Assembly: GCA_036676495.1 (NCBI GenBank)
Contig: JAKFCT010000014.1
Coordinates: forward strand, 101,893 to 165,892
Direction: 5' to 3'
DNA: 64,000 bases
Origin: Candidatus Sericytochromatia bacterium
GTDB taxonomy: Bacteria; Cyanobacteriota; Sericytochromatia; S15B-MN24; UBA4093
Shown: in pieces, positions 9,361-21,680 of the stretch
How positions within the stretch are numbered: position 1 is the first letter of the stretch
Layout of the letters: each line of letters opens with the position of its first letter
Position numbers and translations under genes: made by a program
Notes under the pieces: generated by a model
What the model was told of the DNA's origin: nothing
What the model saw: only the letters and a program-made list of their open reading frames with translations
The model's database searches: none

Positions 9361-10659
9361 TCAGGCCTTGTAGGCGTAGGCGGGCAATGACGCCTCTCCG
9401 GCCGTGAACTGCTTCCAGCTCACCGGCGCGAGGCCCCGGTCGACCTCGACCATGGAGATGCAGTGCTCCACCGGGCAGACCAGGGAGCAGAGGTTGCAGC
9501 CCGTGCACTCGTCATGGGCCACGTGAGGCACGCGGTCGAAGCCCGTATCCGGCGCCTTGCCGGTCCCGTCGCCGGGCAGGTAGATGCAGTGGTGGCTGCC
9601 GTCCTTGCAGGCGATGTAGCAAAGCTGGCAGCCGATGCACTTGGCGGGGTCGATGGCGGCAACCACCTTGAAGTTCATGTCGAGGTCTTCCCAGTTCACG
9701 AAGCGCGGGGAGGCGAGGCCCGCGAAGTCCTGGATGGTCCGGTAGCCCTTGGAATCCATCCAGCGGGAGAGGCCATCGATCATGTCCTCGACGATCCGGT
9801 AGCCGTGATGCATGACGGCCGTGCAGACCTGGACGCTGGTGGCTCCGAGGGCGATGAACTCGGCCGCGTCCTTCCAGGTGCTGATGCCGCCAATCCCCGA
9901 GATGGGAAGGTTGAACTCGGGATGCCGCGCGAGCTGCCCGACCATGTTGAGGGCGATCGGTTTGACGGCGGGGCCGCAGTAGCCGCCGTTGGTGGAGGCG
10001 CCGCCGACATTGGGAACCGGGATCATGGTGTCGAGGTCGACGGCCATGACGCTCTTGATGGTGTTGATCAGGCTCACCGCATTGGCGCCGCCGTGCTGGG
10101 CCGCCAGCCCTGGGCGCGTGATGTCCGTGATGTTGGGAGTCAGCTTCACGATCACCGGAACGGTGGAGTAGCGCATGACCCAGTTGGTGATCCGCTCGAG
10201 CACCATGGGTTCCTGGCCAACGGCCGAGCCCATGCCGCGCTCGCACATGCCGTGCGGGCAGCCGAAGTTCAGCTCGAGGCCCTTGGCGCCGTTCGCGATG
10301 GAGCGCTCGATGTTCTCCTTCCACTCGTCCTCGGTCTCGAACATCAGGGAGACGACGGTCGCGTGGTCCGGGTACTTGCGGGTGACCTCCCGGATCTCGG
10401 CGTAGTTCACGTCGAGGGGGCGATCGGTGATCAGCTCGATGTTGTTGAGGCCCATCATGCGCTGCGTGCCGTAGTCGTTGGCCGCGAAGCGGGCGGAGAC
10501 GTTGCGGATGGGGGTGCCCAGGGTCTTCCAGACCGCGCCTCCCCAGCCGTGGTCGTAGGCGCGCATGATCTGGGCGCCAGTGTTGGTGGGCGGCGCGGAG
10601 GCCAGCCAGAAGGGGTTCGGGGCCTCGATGCCCGCGAAGTTGATGCTCAAATCGGCCAT
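9361..10659 (-). CDS. preA: NAD-dependent dihydropyrimidine dehydrogenase subunit PreA
   Basis: NPFWLASAPPT, ELNFGCPHGMCERGMGSAVGQ, KLTPNIT, C-terminal CIGCQLC and CTGCNLC Fe-S motifs. Confidence 0.95.
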   Translation of the reverse strand: MADLSINFAGIEAPNPFWLASAPPTNTGAQIMRAYDHGWGGAVWKTLGTPIRNVSARFAANDYGTQRMMGLNNIELITDRPLDVNYAEIREVTRKYPDHATVVSLMFETEDEWKENIERSIANGAKGLELNFGCPHGMCERGMGSAVGQEPMVLERITNWVMRYSTVPVIVKLTPNITDITRPGLAAQHGGANAVSLINTIKSVMAVDLDTMIPVPNVGGASTNGGYCGPAVKPIALNMVGQLARHPEFNLPISGIGGISTWKDAAEFIALGATSVQVCTAVMHHGYRIVEDMIDGLSRWMDSKGYRTIQDFAGLASPRFVNWEDLDMNFKVVAAIDPAKCIGCQLCYIACKDGSHHCIYLPGDGTGKAPDTGFDRVPHVAHDECTGCNLCSLVCPVEHCISMVEVDRGLAPVSWKQFTAGEASLPAYAYKA

Positions 10660-10678
10660 GGTTTGGCTGCCTCCTTAC

Positions 10679-12040
10679 CTAGCGGGCGCTGACTTCGCGT
10701 TCGAGCTTGCGTGCGGTTTTGAGGTAGGCGTCGATGCCACGGGCGGCGCGCTTCCCTTCGGCGGCGGCATTCACGACCTCTTTGCCGCCGTTGGCGCAGT
10801 CCCCGCCGGCGAAGAACTTTGAAGTGCCCGCCTGAGCGGTGTGGGGGTCGACCGTGACGCGGCCGTTCTCTAGGGTGATGCCGGGAAGGCCCGCGAGCAG
10901 GCTCTCCAGCTTTTCCTGGCCGGTGGCCTTGACCACCAGCTCGGTCTCCAAGGTGAAGAAGCTGTTGGGGACGCGCTCTAGTTTGCCGGAGGGGGACAGT
11001 CGCGTGCGCTCGCATCGCAGGGCGCTCACGTGTCCCTTGCCGTCGAGGGCGACCGGAGCGGCCCAGAACACGAACTCGACACCTTCTTGCCGGGCGGACT
11101 TGAGTTCGTGGGCATAGCCGGACATCTTGCTCTCGCCACGCCGATAGAGCATGGTGACCTTGGGAACCCCCAGGTGCTTCAACTCCCTAACCACGTCGAT
11201 GGCCGTGTTGCCCCCGCCGATGACGACGGCATGCCTGATGTCGGGAAGGCGGAAGCCGGGGTCGTTCTTGATCCGCTCGATGAGGGCCACCGCTCCGAGG
11301 CATCCGGAGAGATCCTCGCCGGGCAGCCCCAGTTGCGAATCGGGCCCGAGGCCGACACCGAGGAAGACGGCGTCGTAATCGGCGGCGAGCTTTTCGAATG
11401 CGAGATCGCGGCCCACCTGGACCTGCATGCGGATCTCGAACCCGATGCTCTGGACGTACGCGACCTCGCGCAGGGCCTCTTCGGCGTGAAGCTTGTAGGG
11501 GGCGACGCCCGTGACGTTGAGTCCTCCCGGAATCGCGCGACCCTCGTAGACCACGGCCTCGTGACCCAGGCGAGTGAGTTCGTGAGCGCAGGCGAGGCTG
11601 GCGGGACCCGAGCCGACCAGTGCGACGCGCATGCCGGTGGGGCGGCCCTTCTGGAAGAAGCGTAGGCCGCGATCGTAGGCATAGGTCGTGGCGTGGCGCT
11701 GCAGGCGGCCGATCATGATCGGCGGCTCGCCCATCTGGTTGTAGACGCAGGAGCCGGCGCAGAGGACCTCCACCGGGCAAACCGAGGCACAGGAGTGACC
11801 CAGGATGTTGCTTTCGAGGATCGTTTGCGCGGCGCCTTCGACGTTGCCGGAGCCGATGCGCTTGATGAACTCCGGGATGTTGATGGCCGTGGGGCATGCC
11901 TGGATGCAGGGGGCATCGTGGCAATAGAGGCAACGAAGGGCTTCGGTTTTCGCCTGAGCCTCGGTGAGGAGGGGTTTCAGGTCCGGAATCCGGGATTCCA
12001 GTCGGTCTGCGGGCAGGGCCATGGGGAGGGAGTGGATCAT
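10679..12040 (-). CDS. preT: Dihydropyrimidine dehydrogenase subunit PreT (GltD-like)
   Basis: RCLYCHDAPCIQACPT, CASVCPVEVLC, VGSGPAS, VIGGGNTAID, FAGGD. Confidence 0.92.
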   Translation of the reverse strand: MIHSLPMALPADRLESRIPDLKPLLTEAQAKTEALRCLYCHDAPCIQACPTAINIPEFIKRIGSGNVEGAAQTILESNILGHSCASVCPVEVLCAGSCVYNQMGEPPIMIGRLQRHATTYAYDRGLRFFQKGRPTGMRVALVGSGPASLACAHELTRLGHEAVVYEGRAIPGGLNVTGVAPYKLHAEEALREVAYVQSIGFEIRMQVQVGRDLAFEKLAADYDAVFLGVGLGPDSQLGLPGEDLSGCLGAVALIERIKNDPGFRLPDIRHAVVIGGGNTAIDVVRELKHLGVPKVTMLYRRGESKMSGYAHELKSARQEGVEFVFWAAPVALDGKGHVSALRCERTRLSPSGKLERVPNSFFTLETELVVKATGQEKLESLLAGLPGITLENGRVTVDPHTAQAGTSKFFAGGDCANGGKEVVNAAAEGKRAARGIDAYLKTARKLEREVSAR

Positions 12041-12297
12041 TCAGGCGGCTCCTTCGACGGCGATGGCGGGGAGGGGGTCCTGCAGACGAGTTCCTTCATA
12101 TTCGTTTATGATGAATGATTTTCGTTTACACTTTACAACAAGCAAACAAGCATGGCAACCTAAAAAAACTTGCCTCACGGCAGATTAAGCGATCCCATGT
12201 CACGTCGCGCGTCATGAGCGAGGCTTTAGCCGTTGGGGCAGGTCCCGGAGACGGGGCGTTTTCCAAGGGGGGCCCCGCCGAAGGAAAGGAGAGCCGC

Positions 12298-13725
12298 ATG
12301 AGCCTTCTCATCAAGAACGGACGGATCGTCACGGCAGTGGACGACTACTTCGCCGACGTCTTGGTCGACGGGGAAGAGGTCGTGATGATCGGGCGGGACC
12401 TGCAGGTCGAATCGGCCCAGGTCATCGACGCCACGGGCCGGCTGGTCATCCCGGGCGGGATCGACCCGCATACCCACATGGAGATGCCCTTCGGAGGGAC
12501 GACCAGCGCCGATGACTTCGAGACGGGCACGCGGGCGGCCGCCTTCGGGGGCACGACGACGATCGTCGACTTCGCGATCCAGAGCAAGGGGCGCTCGACG
12601 CTCGAAGGGCTCGAGACCTGGCATGCAAAAGCCGAGGGCAAGGCCGCGATCGATTACGGCTTCCACATGATCGTGACCGACATGCCCGAGTCGCGGCTGG
12701 TCGAGATGGGGCGCTTGGCGGACGAGGGCATCACCAGCTACAAGCTCTTCATGGCCTATCCGGGCGTCCTTTACTCGGATGATGCGACCATCTACCGGGC
12801 CATGCGGCGGGCAGGCGAGGACGGAACGATGATCTGCATGCATGCCGAGAACGGCATCGTGATCGACGAGATCATCCAGCGGGCGCTCGCCGAGGGCAAG
12901 ACGGCGCCCAAGTACCATGCGCGGACCCGGCCGACCCGGATGGAGGGCGAGGGGGTGCACCGGGCGATCGCCATCGCTGAGGTCGCCGGAGTGCCCGTCT
13001 ACATCGTCCACCTCTCCAGCTCGGATGCCCTCGAAGAGGTCAAGCGGGCGCGCGACCGCGGCATTCACGCCTTCGCCGAGACCTGTCCCCAGTACCTCTT
13101 CCTCGACGAGACCTCCTACGACGCTCCCGGATTCGAAGGGGCCAAGTACGTCATGACGCCCGCCCTGCGCGAGAAGTGGAACCAGGACGAACTCTGGAAG
13201 GGACTACAGTTCGGCGACCTCCACACGATCGCCACGGACCACTGCCCCTTCTGCTTTTCCGGTCAGAAGGAGCTGGGGCGCCAGGACTTCTCGAAGATCC
13301 CCAACGGCGCGCCCGGCGTCGAGAACCGCATGAGCCTGCTTTACAACGGCGGCGTCGTCGGAGGGCGCATCAGCGTCAACAAGTTCGTCGAGTTGACCAG
13401 CACGGCCGCCGCTAAGATGTTCGGAATGTTTCCGCGGAAAGGCACCATCGCCGTGGGCTCGGATGCGGATCTCGTGATCTTCAACCCCGAGCGCAAGGAG
13501 ACGATCAGCGTGGCCAACCCGCATACCCACCACATGAACGTCGACTACAACACCTTCGAAGGTTTCGAGGTCCAGGGCTTCCCGGAGATCGTCATCTCGC
13601 GGGGGCAGGTGATCGTCGAGGACAACACCTTCCTGGGACGCTCGGGAGCGGGCCGCTTCATCAAGCGGGCGCGCTACGGGGATCTGCTACGACCCACCCG
13701 TTCGGGGCTGCTCGCGACCCGCTGA
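12298..13725 (+). CDS. hydA: Dihydropyrimidinase
   Basis: PGGIDPHTHME, SYKLFMAY, MHAENG, VHLS, ETCPQYL, TDHCPF; AAGGAG RBS before ATG 12298. Confidence 0.95.
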   Translation: MSLLIKNGRIVTAVDDYFADVLVDGEEVVMIGRDLQVESAQVIDATGRLVIPGGIDPHTHMEMPFGGTTSADDFETGTRAAAFGGTTTIVDFAIQSKGRSTLEGLETWHAKAEGKAAIDYGFHMIVTDMPESRLVEMGRLADEGITSYKLFMAYPGVLYSDDATIYRAMRRAGEDGTMICMHAENGIVIDEIIQRALAEGKTAPKYHARTRPTRMEGEGVHRAIAIAEVAGVPVYIVHLSSSDALEEVKRARDRGIHAFAETCPQYLFLDETSYDAPGFEGAKYVMTPALREKWNQDELWKGLQFGDLHTIATDHCPFCFSGQKELGRQDFSKIPNGAPGVENRMSLLYNGGVVGGRISVNKFVELTSTAAAKMFGMFPRKGTIAVGSDADLVIFNPERKETISVANPHTHHMNVDYNTFEGFEVQGFPEIVISRGQVIVEDNTFLGRSGAGRFIKRARYGDLLRPTRSGLLATR

Positions 13726-13790
13726 GGCGGCCCCCCGCGGGATCCGAGGGCGGCGATTCGGGCTTTTCAGCGCGAATTGCCGCCCTCCCC

Positions 13791-13819
13791 TTCAAGCCAT
13801 GCAGGCTTCGCCGTATAAT
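13791..13819 (+). promoter_or_regulatory. Sigma70-type promoter (TTCAAG-N17-TATAAT)
   Basis: Consensus -10 ends 7 nt before ATG 13827. Confidence 0.6.
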
Positions 13820-13826
13820 CGAGGAG

Positions 13827-14594
13827 ATGAGAAAACACCTGAGATTCAATACCCACGCCGGAAAGGACAAGCCGTTCACGATCGATGGTCGCGACACGGA
13901 GTGCCCGTTCTGCGACCGCAGCCGCCTGGTCGACATCCTGGATGAAGAAGGCCCGATCATCCTGCTCAAGAACAAGTTCCCCGTCCTCGAGGACACCTTC
14001 CAGACCGTGATCATCGAGACGGAGACCTGCGACGCCGAACTTTCGACCTATTCCAAGGAGCATCTTCACCATGTCGTGCGCTTCGGCGTGGAGAAGTGGC
14101 AGGCGATGATCGCGAGCGGGGCGTACCGCTCGGTGGTCTTCTACAAGAACCACGGACCGCACTCCGGGGGAAGCCTCCGCCATCCCCATATGCAGATCGT
14201 CGGCCTGAACCAGGTCGACTACCGCCAGAACGTCACCGACACCGACTTCCAAGGCCTGGTCATCGACCGGCAGCCCGGAGTCGAGTTCAACCTCTCGACG
14301 CATCCGCGCATGGGCTTCACCGAGCTCAACGTGCTGCTATCGGACCCGACACGGATCGATCTCATGGCCGATTACCTCCAGGTCGCGGCCCATTACGCGC
14401 TGCATCACTTCAACGCGCACTGCAGCAGCTACAACCTCTTCTTTTACGAGCGCGAGGACGGGATCGCAGCCAAGCTCATCCCCCGATTCGTCGTGGGCCC
14501 GCTCTTCGTCGGCTTCTCGATTCCCCAGGTGACCAATCGCCTCGAGGAGATCGTGGAGTCCGTTCGCAGGCACTACTTCGATCCTCAGGGCTAG
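13827..14594 (+). CDS. DUF4931-like GalT/HIT-type protein
   Basis: CPFC, NKFPVL, YKNHGPHSGGSLRHPHMQIVG (HxHxQ GalT-like motif). Confidence 0.8.
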   Translation: MRKHLRFNTHAGKDKPFTIDGRDTECPFCDRSRLVDILDEEGPIILLKNKFPVLEDTFQTVIIETETCDAELSTYSKEHLHHVVRFGVEKWQAMIASGAYRSVVFYKNHGPHSGGSLRHPHMQIVGLNQVDYRQNVTDTDFQGLVIDRQPGVEFNLSTHPRMGFTELNVLLSDPTRIDLMADYLQVAAHYALHHFNAHCSSYNLFFYEREDGIAAKLIPRFVVGPLFVGFSIPQVTNRLEEIVESVRRHYFDPQG

Positions 14595-14687
14595 CCACGA
14601 GCGCGCCGCCTAGTCTTGGCGGCGTGATCGTGCTAGATTGAGGTGTTTCATTGCATTCCACATCTTCCTTCAAGGGGTTTCGAGACC

Positions 14688-16379
<1,692 letters not shown>

Positions 16380-16408
16380 GCCCGAGTTGCGGCTTCGGTG
16401 AGGGGTAT

Positions 16409-16437
16409 GAGGCCAGACGAGCATCTCGTCTGGCCTC
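16409..16437 (+). terminator. Stem-loop after glnS
   Basis: GAGGCCAGACGAG-CAT-CTCGTCTGGCCTC. Confidence 0.6.
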
Positions 16438-16537
16438 TCCTGTTGCCGGGGGCCGCGACCCCACCGCGCTTGATCCCCATGGCGACATGGGACTAAGCTA
16501 GTTTCGGAGCCCTCTCGTTCACCCAGGAGAATGCGCC

Positions 16538-18679
16538 TTGGCCGTAACAACCGAAAGCCCGGTAGCAGACGATTCGGGCTTCAAGCCCTACGTCTCCCCC
16601 CATGAACACCCCCGCGAACTCACCGTGCGTGCGGTGGCCCTCGGCGCCTTGCTCGGCATCGTCTTCGCCGCCTCCTCGGTCTACCTCGCCCTCAAGGTCG
16701 GCATGACCGTCAGCGCCAGCATCCCCATCGCGGTGCTGGCCATTACCGTCTTCCGGCTCTTCGGCCGAGCCAGCATCCTCGAAAACAACGTCGTCCAGAC
16801 CACCGGGTCGGCCGGGGAATCCATCGCCGCCGGCGTGGCCTTCACCTTGCCGGCCCTGCTGCTCATGGGACAGGACCTCGAAATCATCCGCGTCCTCATG
16901 GTCGCCCTGCTCGGCGGCCTCCTGGGCGTCCTGATGATGATTCCCCTCCGCCAGGGCCTGATCGTCCAGGAGCACGGGAAGCTCACCTATCCGGAAGGCA
17001 CCGCCTGCGCCGACGTCCTGATCGTCGGCGAGGAGCAAGGCACCAACGCGAAGACCGTCTTCACCGGCTTCTTCCTGGGTGCGCTTTACAAGATCCTCAA
17101 CGCCGGAACCCACCTCTGGAAGGAAGCGCCCGGCTGGATGATCCCCGGCTACAAGGGCGGATCCGTCGCCGCCGAGGTCTCCCCCGAGCTCCTGGGCGTC
17201 GGCTACATCATCGGCCTGCGCACCGCCGCGACCATGCTGGCCGGCGGCGTGCTGAGCTTCCTGATCCTGATCCCGGCCATCAAGATCTTCGGATCGGGGC
17301 TCACCACCCCGATCTTCCCGGCGACCACCCTGATCGCCGACATGAGCCCCGCCGAGATCCGCAACGCCTACATCCTCTACATCGGCGCAGGCGCCGTCGC
17401 GACCGGCGGCATCATCAGCCTGATTCGCTCCTTCCCGACCATCATCCGCGCCTTCAAGCGCGGGCTTGGCACGCTGCTCGAATCCCGCAAGGGAGCCGAG
17501 GCCCAGGCGGCGACGGGCTTGCGGACGGAACGCGATCTGCCCATGACCGTGGTGCTCTTCGGCAGCCTCGCCATCGCGCTCGCGATCGCCGTCGCGCCGG
17601 TCCTGCAGATCCACCCGCTCTCCGCGGTGCTGATCGTCATCTTCAGCTTCTTCTTCGTCACGGTCTCCAGCCGGATCACCGGCGAGATCGGCTCGTCCTC
17701 CAACCCCATCTCGGGCATGACTGTTGCCACCCTGCTCATCACCTGCCTCTTGTTCCTGGCCATCGGCTGGACGGGCGTCGATTACAAGGCCATGGCGCTT
17801 TCCACGGCCGCCATCGTCTGCATCGCGGCCTCCACGGGCGGGACCACCAGCCAGGACCTCAAGACCGGCTACCTGGTCGGCGCCACCCCGAAGGCCCAGC
17901 AGATCGGCATCAGCATCGGGGTCGTCACCAGCGCCCTGGTCATCGGCTGGACGCTTCTCTTCCTCAACCAGGCCTACACAACCGTCGTGCCGCGCGCCTT
18001 CCCCGGCTTCACGGCCCCCGTGGCCGCCGAGGCGCAGACCCAGGCCGGCCCCGACGGCAAGACCTATCAGGTTCATTACCAGCGCACCATCGAAGGGTCG
18101 GTTCCGGTCGGCAAGTACCTGGTCGATGACGCGGGGCAGATCGCTTACCTGGTCGATCCCGGCATCGGTGGGGTCGTCACCGAGGTGGACGGAAAGCATG
18201 TCACCAAGCTCGACGCTCCCAAGGCCCGCCTCTTCAGCATGATCATCGACGGCATCCTCACGCAGCAGCTTCCCTGGGGGCTGGTGCTGATCGGCGTCTT
18301 CCTCGCCTTGATGATGGAGCTTTGCGGCGTCTCCTCGTTGCCGTTCGCCGTCGGAGCGTACCTGCCCATCGCCACCTCGATGCCGATCATGGTGGGAGGT
18401 CTGATCCGCCACTTCGTCGATCGACGCAACAAGGCTGCGAAGTCCGAGAACTCCGAGTTCGCCCCGGGCGTCCTCCTGTCGTCGGGCCTGATCGCCGGCG
18501 GCGCGCTCGCGGGCGTCCTGGTCGCGGGCCTCTCCGGGGCCAACCTCACGGACTTCATGAACCTCGCCCCGCTCGTCGGGCCGATTGCCGAGAGTGACGC
18601 CGCAGCGCTCCTGCCCTTCGGAATCCTGGTGGCCGTCCTCTGGATGACCGGCCGCAAGCGCTCGACTCCCACGGCCTAG
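16538..18679 (+). CDS. OPT family oligopeptide transporter
   Basis: [62 protein letters not shown]; many TM segments. Confidence 0.93.
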   Translation: MAVTTESPVADDSGFKPYVSPHEHPRELTVRAVALGALLGIVFAASSVYLALKVGMTVSASIPIAVLAITVFRLFGRASILENNVVQTTGSAGESIAAGVAFTLPALLLMGQDLEIIRVLMVALLGGLLGVLMMIPLRQGLIVQEHGKLTYPEGTACADVLIVGEEQGTNAKTVFTGFFLGALYKILNAGTHLWKEAPGWMIPGYKGGSVAAEVSPELLGVGYIIGLRTAATMLAGGVLSFLILIPAIKIFGSGLTTPIFPATTLIADMSPAEIRNAYILYIGAGAVATGGIISLIRSFPTIIRAFKRGLGTLLESRKGAEAQAATGLRTERDLPMTVVLFGSLAIALAIAVAPVLQIHPLSAVLIVIFSFFFVTVSSRITGEIGSSSNPISGMTVATLLITCLLFLAIGWTGVDYKAMALSTAAIVCIAASTGGTTSQDLKTGYLVGATPKAQQIGISIGVVTSALVIGWTLLFLNQAYTTVVPRAFPGFTAPVAAEAQTQAGPDGKTYQVHYQRTIEGSVPVGKYLVDDAGQIAYLVDPGIGGVVTEVDGKHVTKLDAPKARLFSMIIDGILTQQLPWGLVLIGVFLALMMELCGVSSLPFAVGAYLPIATSMPIMVGGLIRHFVDRRNKAAKSENSEFAPGVLLSSGLIAGGALAGVLVAGLSGANLTDFMNLAPLVGPIAESDAAALLPFGILVAVLWMTGRKRSTPTA

Positions 18680-18688
18680 GCCTTCTCC

Positions 18689-18727
18689 ATCCCCCCTGCT
18701 CGGGCAATCGGCTTGAGCAGGGGGGAT
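18689..18727 (+). terminator. Stem-loop after OPT gene
   Basis: ATCCCCCCTGCTCGGGC...GCTTGAGCAGGGGGGAT. Confidence 0.6.
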
Positions 18728-18905
18728 TGGCTTGTCATGAGTGCGAAAGCTTTATTACTAGACCATCAGCAGGTATGATGATACCCATAAGGGCCGTCCA
18801 ATGCATGCTTTCGGACAGGAACCCACAGGCCGGGCCCGCTGAACGGGAACCGAAACGTCGCCCGATTTCACCGAGACCCCGTCGTCGAGGAGGTACGCAA
18901 CAGTC

Positions 18906-21011
18906 ATGGTTCATCGTCTCATCGCGGCCATCAAAGGCCAGCTCGTCGTCCGCATCGCGCTCTTCATCTTCATCGTCTTCGGGCTGTTCCTGACCGCGTT
19001 CAGCGCCTTCAGCATCCTGCAGTCGACGGCGAAGCTCGAAGAAGCGGCCACCCTCAAGGGGAAAGCGATGGCGCGGCAAGGCGCGACGATGACCCAGTTC
19101 GCCTTCGAAACGGCGATCCGCAACGGGACGATCACGGAGGCCGAGCTCTTCGACTCGCAGCTTCAGGAGATTCCCGGAAGCCAGCCCAAGAAGTACCATT
19201 CGCGCTACGACGCCTTCACGGACGCGACCTTGAAGCCCCTTCAGAACGTCTTCCTCGAGGATGAAGGGGTGGTCTTCGCGATCGCGGCCGAGCGGAGCGG
19301 CTACGTCCCGACCCATAACGTCCTTGAGCGCTCCAAGCGACGCTTCGACGATCCGGTAGGACTCGCCTCGGCCCAGAACACCCAGGGGCAGCTGGTTCAG
19401 GACTACCGTCGCGACAGCGGCGAGCGTATCGCGGACATCTCGAGCCCCATCACGGTGAACGGCCGCCACTGGGGGGCCTTCCGGGTCGGCCTCTCGAAGG
19501 AGGCGCTGGACCGGCATGCGCTCTCCGTCTGGCTCACCATGGGAATCACGGGGACGATGGTCGTCCTCATCGAGAGCCTGCTCATTGCCTACCTGCTGCG
19601 CGTCTCGCTGCGCCCCCTCGCGAAGATGGAGCGCGCCGTGGCCGGCATTGCCGCCGGGAACCTCGACCAGCGCATCGAGGTGACGAGCGAGGACGAGGTG
19701 GGCCGCATCGCGAAGAGCCTCCAGCTCATGGTCACCAACCTTCGCGGGATGATTCATGGAGTCCGCTCGGCCGCGCAAGTGGTCGAGGGCAACGTCCTGC
19801 GCATCGGAGACAGCGCCCAGCACCTCTCGGACTCGGCCAGCTCCCAGACGGCTATCGCCGAGGGCACCTCGCGCTCGATGCGCGAGATGGCCGGCAGCAT
19901 CCAGCAGGTCGCCCGCAACGCGGACGTGCTCGCGGGGAACGTCGAAGTGACCTCCAGCGCGATCGAGCAGATGGCGGCCAGCACGCGGCAGGTCGCCGCC
20001 AACGCCGAGACCCTGGGCTCGACCATGGACGAGACCTCGGCTGCCATCGAGGAGATGGCCAGCAGCATCCAGCAGGTCGCCCTCAACGTCGAGGAGACGC
20101 ACCATGTCTCGGGGCTGGCCGCCGAAGCGGCGCATGACGGCCGCCTCGCCGTCGACCAGACCTTGCATGGCATGCAGCGGATCGACCAGACCATGCGCGA
20201 CGTCATCGCCGCCATGGACCGCCTGGACAAGAGCTCGGCGGAGATCGGGCAGATCATCGAGGTGATCGAGGAGATTGCCGACCAGACCAACCTGCTGGCC
20301 CTGAACGCCGCCATCGAGGCGGCCCGGGCGGGAGAGGCGGGCCGCGGGTTCGCCGTGGTCGCCGACGAGGTGCGCAAGCTTGCCGAGCGCTCGGCGCGGG
20401 CCACCGGCGAGATCGCCACCCTCATCAAGGGCATCCAGCAGGAGGCTTCCCAGGCGATCGCCTCCACCCGCGAGGGCGACGCGGCCATCCGTCAGGGCAC
20501 CGGCCTCGCGGAAAAGGCGGAGCGCTCGTTGACGGCCATCGTCACCTCGGTGGACAAGGCCAGCGACCTGATGGGTCAGGTGAGCCTGGCCACCCAGGAG
20601 CAGGCCAAGGCGGCCAACCTGATCACCCAGGCCGTCCGTCGCATGACCGCCCTCTCCATCCAGGTCACGGAAGCCACCCGCGAAGAGGCCTCCGCCGCCG
20701 CCCAGATCATCGAGGCCGTCGAGACCATGAACCACATGACCCAGCAGGTCACCTCGGCCACCGCCCAGCAGCGGCAGGAATGCGATCAAACCGTCGCCGC
20801 CTCCGAGGAGATCCTGGCCGCGTCCCGCGAGACGGCCGGCGCCAGCCAGCTCATCTCGCGCGAGGTCGGTGACGTGAAGCAGCAGGTGAAGGCCCTCATG
20901 GACTCCATCGCCTACTTCCGGGAAAGCGCCGCTGAGTTGCAAGCGGCCATGCCCGGAAACACCGGCGAGCAGACCCTGCGCATCCCGGCCTCGCGCGTGC
21001 CGCAGGCCTGA
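18906..21011 (+). CDS. Methyl-accepting chemotaxis protein
   Basis: Two TM helices flanking a sensor domain, HAMP (DEVGRIA), [40 protein letters not shown]. Confidence 0.96.
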   Translation: MVHRLIAAIKGQLVVRIALFIFIVFGLFLTAFSAFSILQSTAKLEEAATLKGKAMARQGATMTQFAFETAIRNGTITEAELFDSQLQEIPGSQPKKYHSRYDAFTDATLKPLQNVFLEDEGVVFAIAAERSGYVPTHNVLERSKRRFDDPVGLASAQNTQGQLVQDYRRDSGERIADISSPITVNGRHWGAFRVGLSKEALDRHALSVWLTMGITGTMVVLIESLLIAYLLRVSLRPLAKMERAVAGIAAGNLDQRIEVTSEDEVGRIAKSLQLMVTNLRGMIHGVRSAAQVVEGNVLRIGDSAQHLSDSASSQTAIAEGTSRSMREMAGSIQQVARNADVLAGNVEVTSSAIEQMAASTRQVAANAETLGSTMDETSAAIEEMASSIQQVALNVEETHHVSGLAAEAAHDGRLAVDQTLHGMQRIDQTMRDVIAAMDRLDKSSAEIGQIIEVIEEIADQTNLLALNAAIEAARAGEAGRGFAVVADEVRKLAERSARATGEIATLIKGIQQEASQAIASTREGDAAIRQGTGLAEKAERSLTAIVTSVDKASDLMGQVSLATQEQAKAANLITQAVRRMTALSIQVTEATREEASAAAQIIEAVETMNHMTQQVTSATAQQRQECDQTVAASEEILAASRETAGASQLISREVGDVKQQVKALMDSIAYFRESAAELQAAMPGNTGEQTLRIPASRVPQA

Positions 21012-21026
21012 TGCGTCTTGCCAGCC

Positions 21027-21042
21027 TATACCGTTCGGTATA
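21027..21042. promoter_or_regulatory. TetR operator copy 1 (TATACCG-TT-CGGTATA) within a TTGCCA-N17-TAAACT promoter
   Basis: Palindrome directly upstream of tetR; second copy at 21645. Confidence 0.75.
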
Positions 21043-21052
21043 AACTGGCTGC

Positions 21053-21628
21053 ATGCTCGCGCTCGATAACCGCCAACGGCTGCTTCAGGTGGCCCTCACC
21101 CGCTTCGCCTCCCGCGGCTACGACGCCGCGGGAGTGCAGGAGATCGTGGCCGAAGCGGGGGTCACCAAGCCCACGCTCTACCATTACTTCGGCAGCAAAG
21201 TCGGCTTGCTCGAAGCGCTGATTCGCGAGGGGACCCGGGACTACCTGGAGGCACTAGCCGCCGCCACCCGTTACGCGGGGGACTTGACCCAGTCCCTCAT
21301 GCGGGTGACGGCATTGACCCTGGAGTTCGCCCAGCGCCGACCGGACCTCTACCGCTTCCTGCTGATGCTGCTCTTCCTCCCCGAGACGCATGAAGCCCGG
21401 CGGGCAGCCGCCCCGATATTCGATAAGCAGCTTCAGCTTCTCGAGGCGATGTTCGCGGACGCCGCGCGCCAGCACGGCAACATGGCCGGGCGTCAGCAGC
21501 GCTACGCCACGACCTTCCACGGCCACCTCAACAGCTACGCCGTGCTCGTCATGAACGGCGTCCTCAAGGACGACGACCGCCTGCGGCATGACCTCGTTCA
21601 CCAGTTCAGCCACGGGATCTACTCGTGA
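21053..21628 (+). CDS. TetR/AcrR family regulator
   Basis: FASRGYDAAGVQEIVAEAGVTKPTLYHYFGSKVGL. Confidence 0.93.
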   Translation: MLALDNRQRLLQVALTRFASRGYDAAGVQEIVAEAGVTKPTLYHYFGSKVGLLEALIREGTRDYLEALAAATRYAGDLTQSLMRVTALTLEFAQRRPDLYRFLLMLLFLPETHEARRAAAPIFDKQLQLLEAMFADAARQHGNMAGRQQRYATTFHGHLNSYAVLVMNGVLKDDDRLRHDLVHQFSHGIYS

Positions 21629-21644
21629 CTTTTTTTGCCCCCGC

Positions 21645-21660
21645 TATACCGACCGGTATG
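21645..21660. promoter_or_regulatory. TetR operator copy 2 (TATACCG-AC-CGGTATG)
   Basis: Near-identical to 21027-21042; upstream of the GH13 RBS. Confidence 0.72.
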
Positions 21661-21680
21661 TACCTCGCAAGGAGCGCCCC

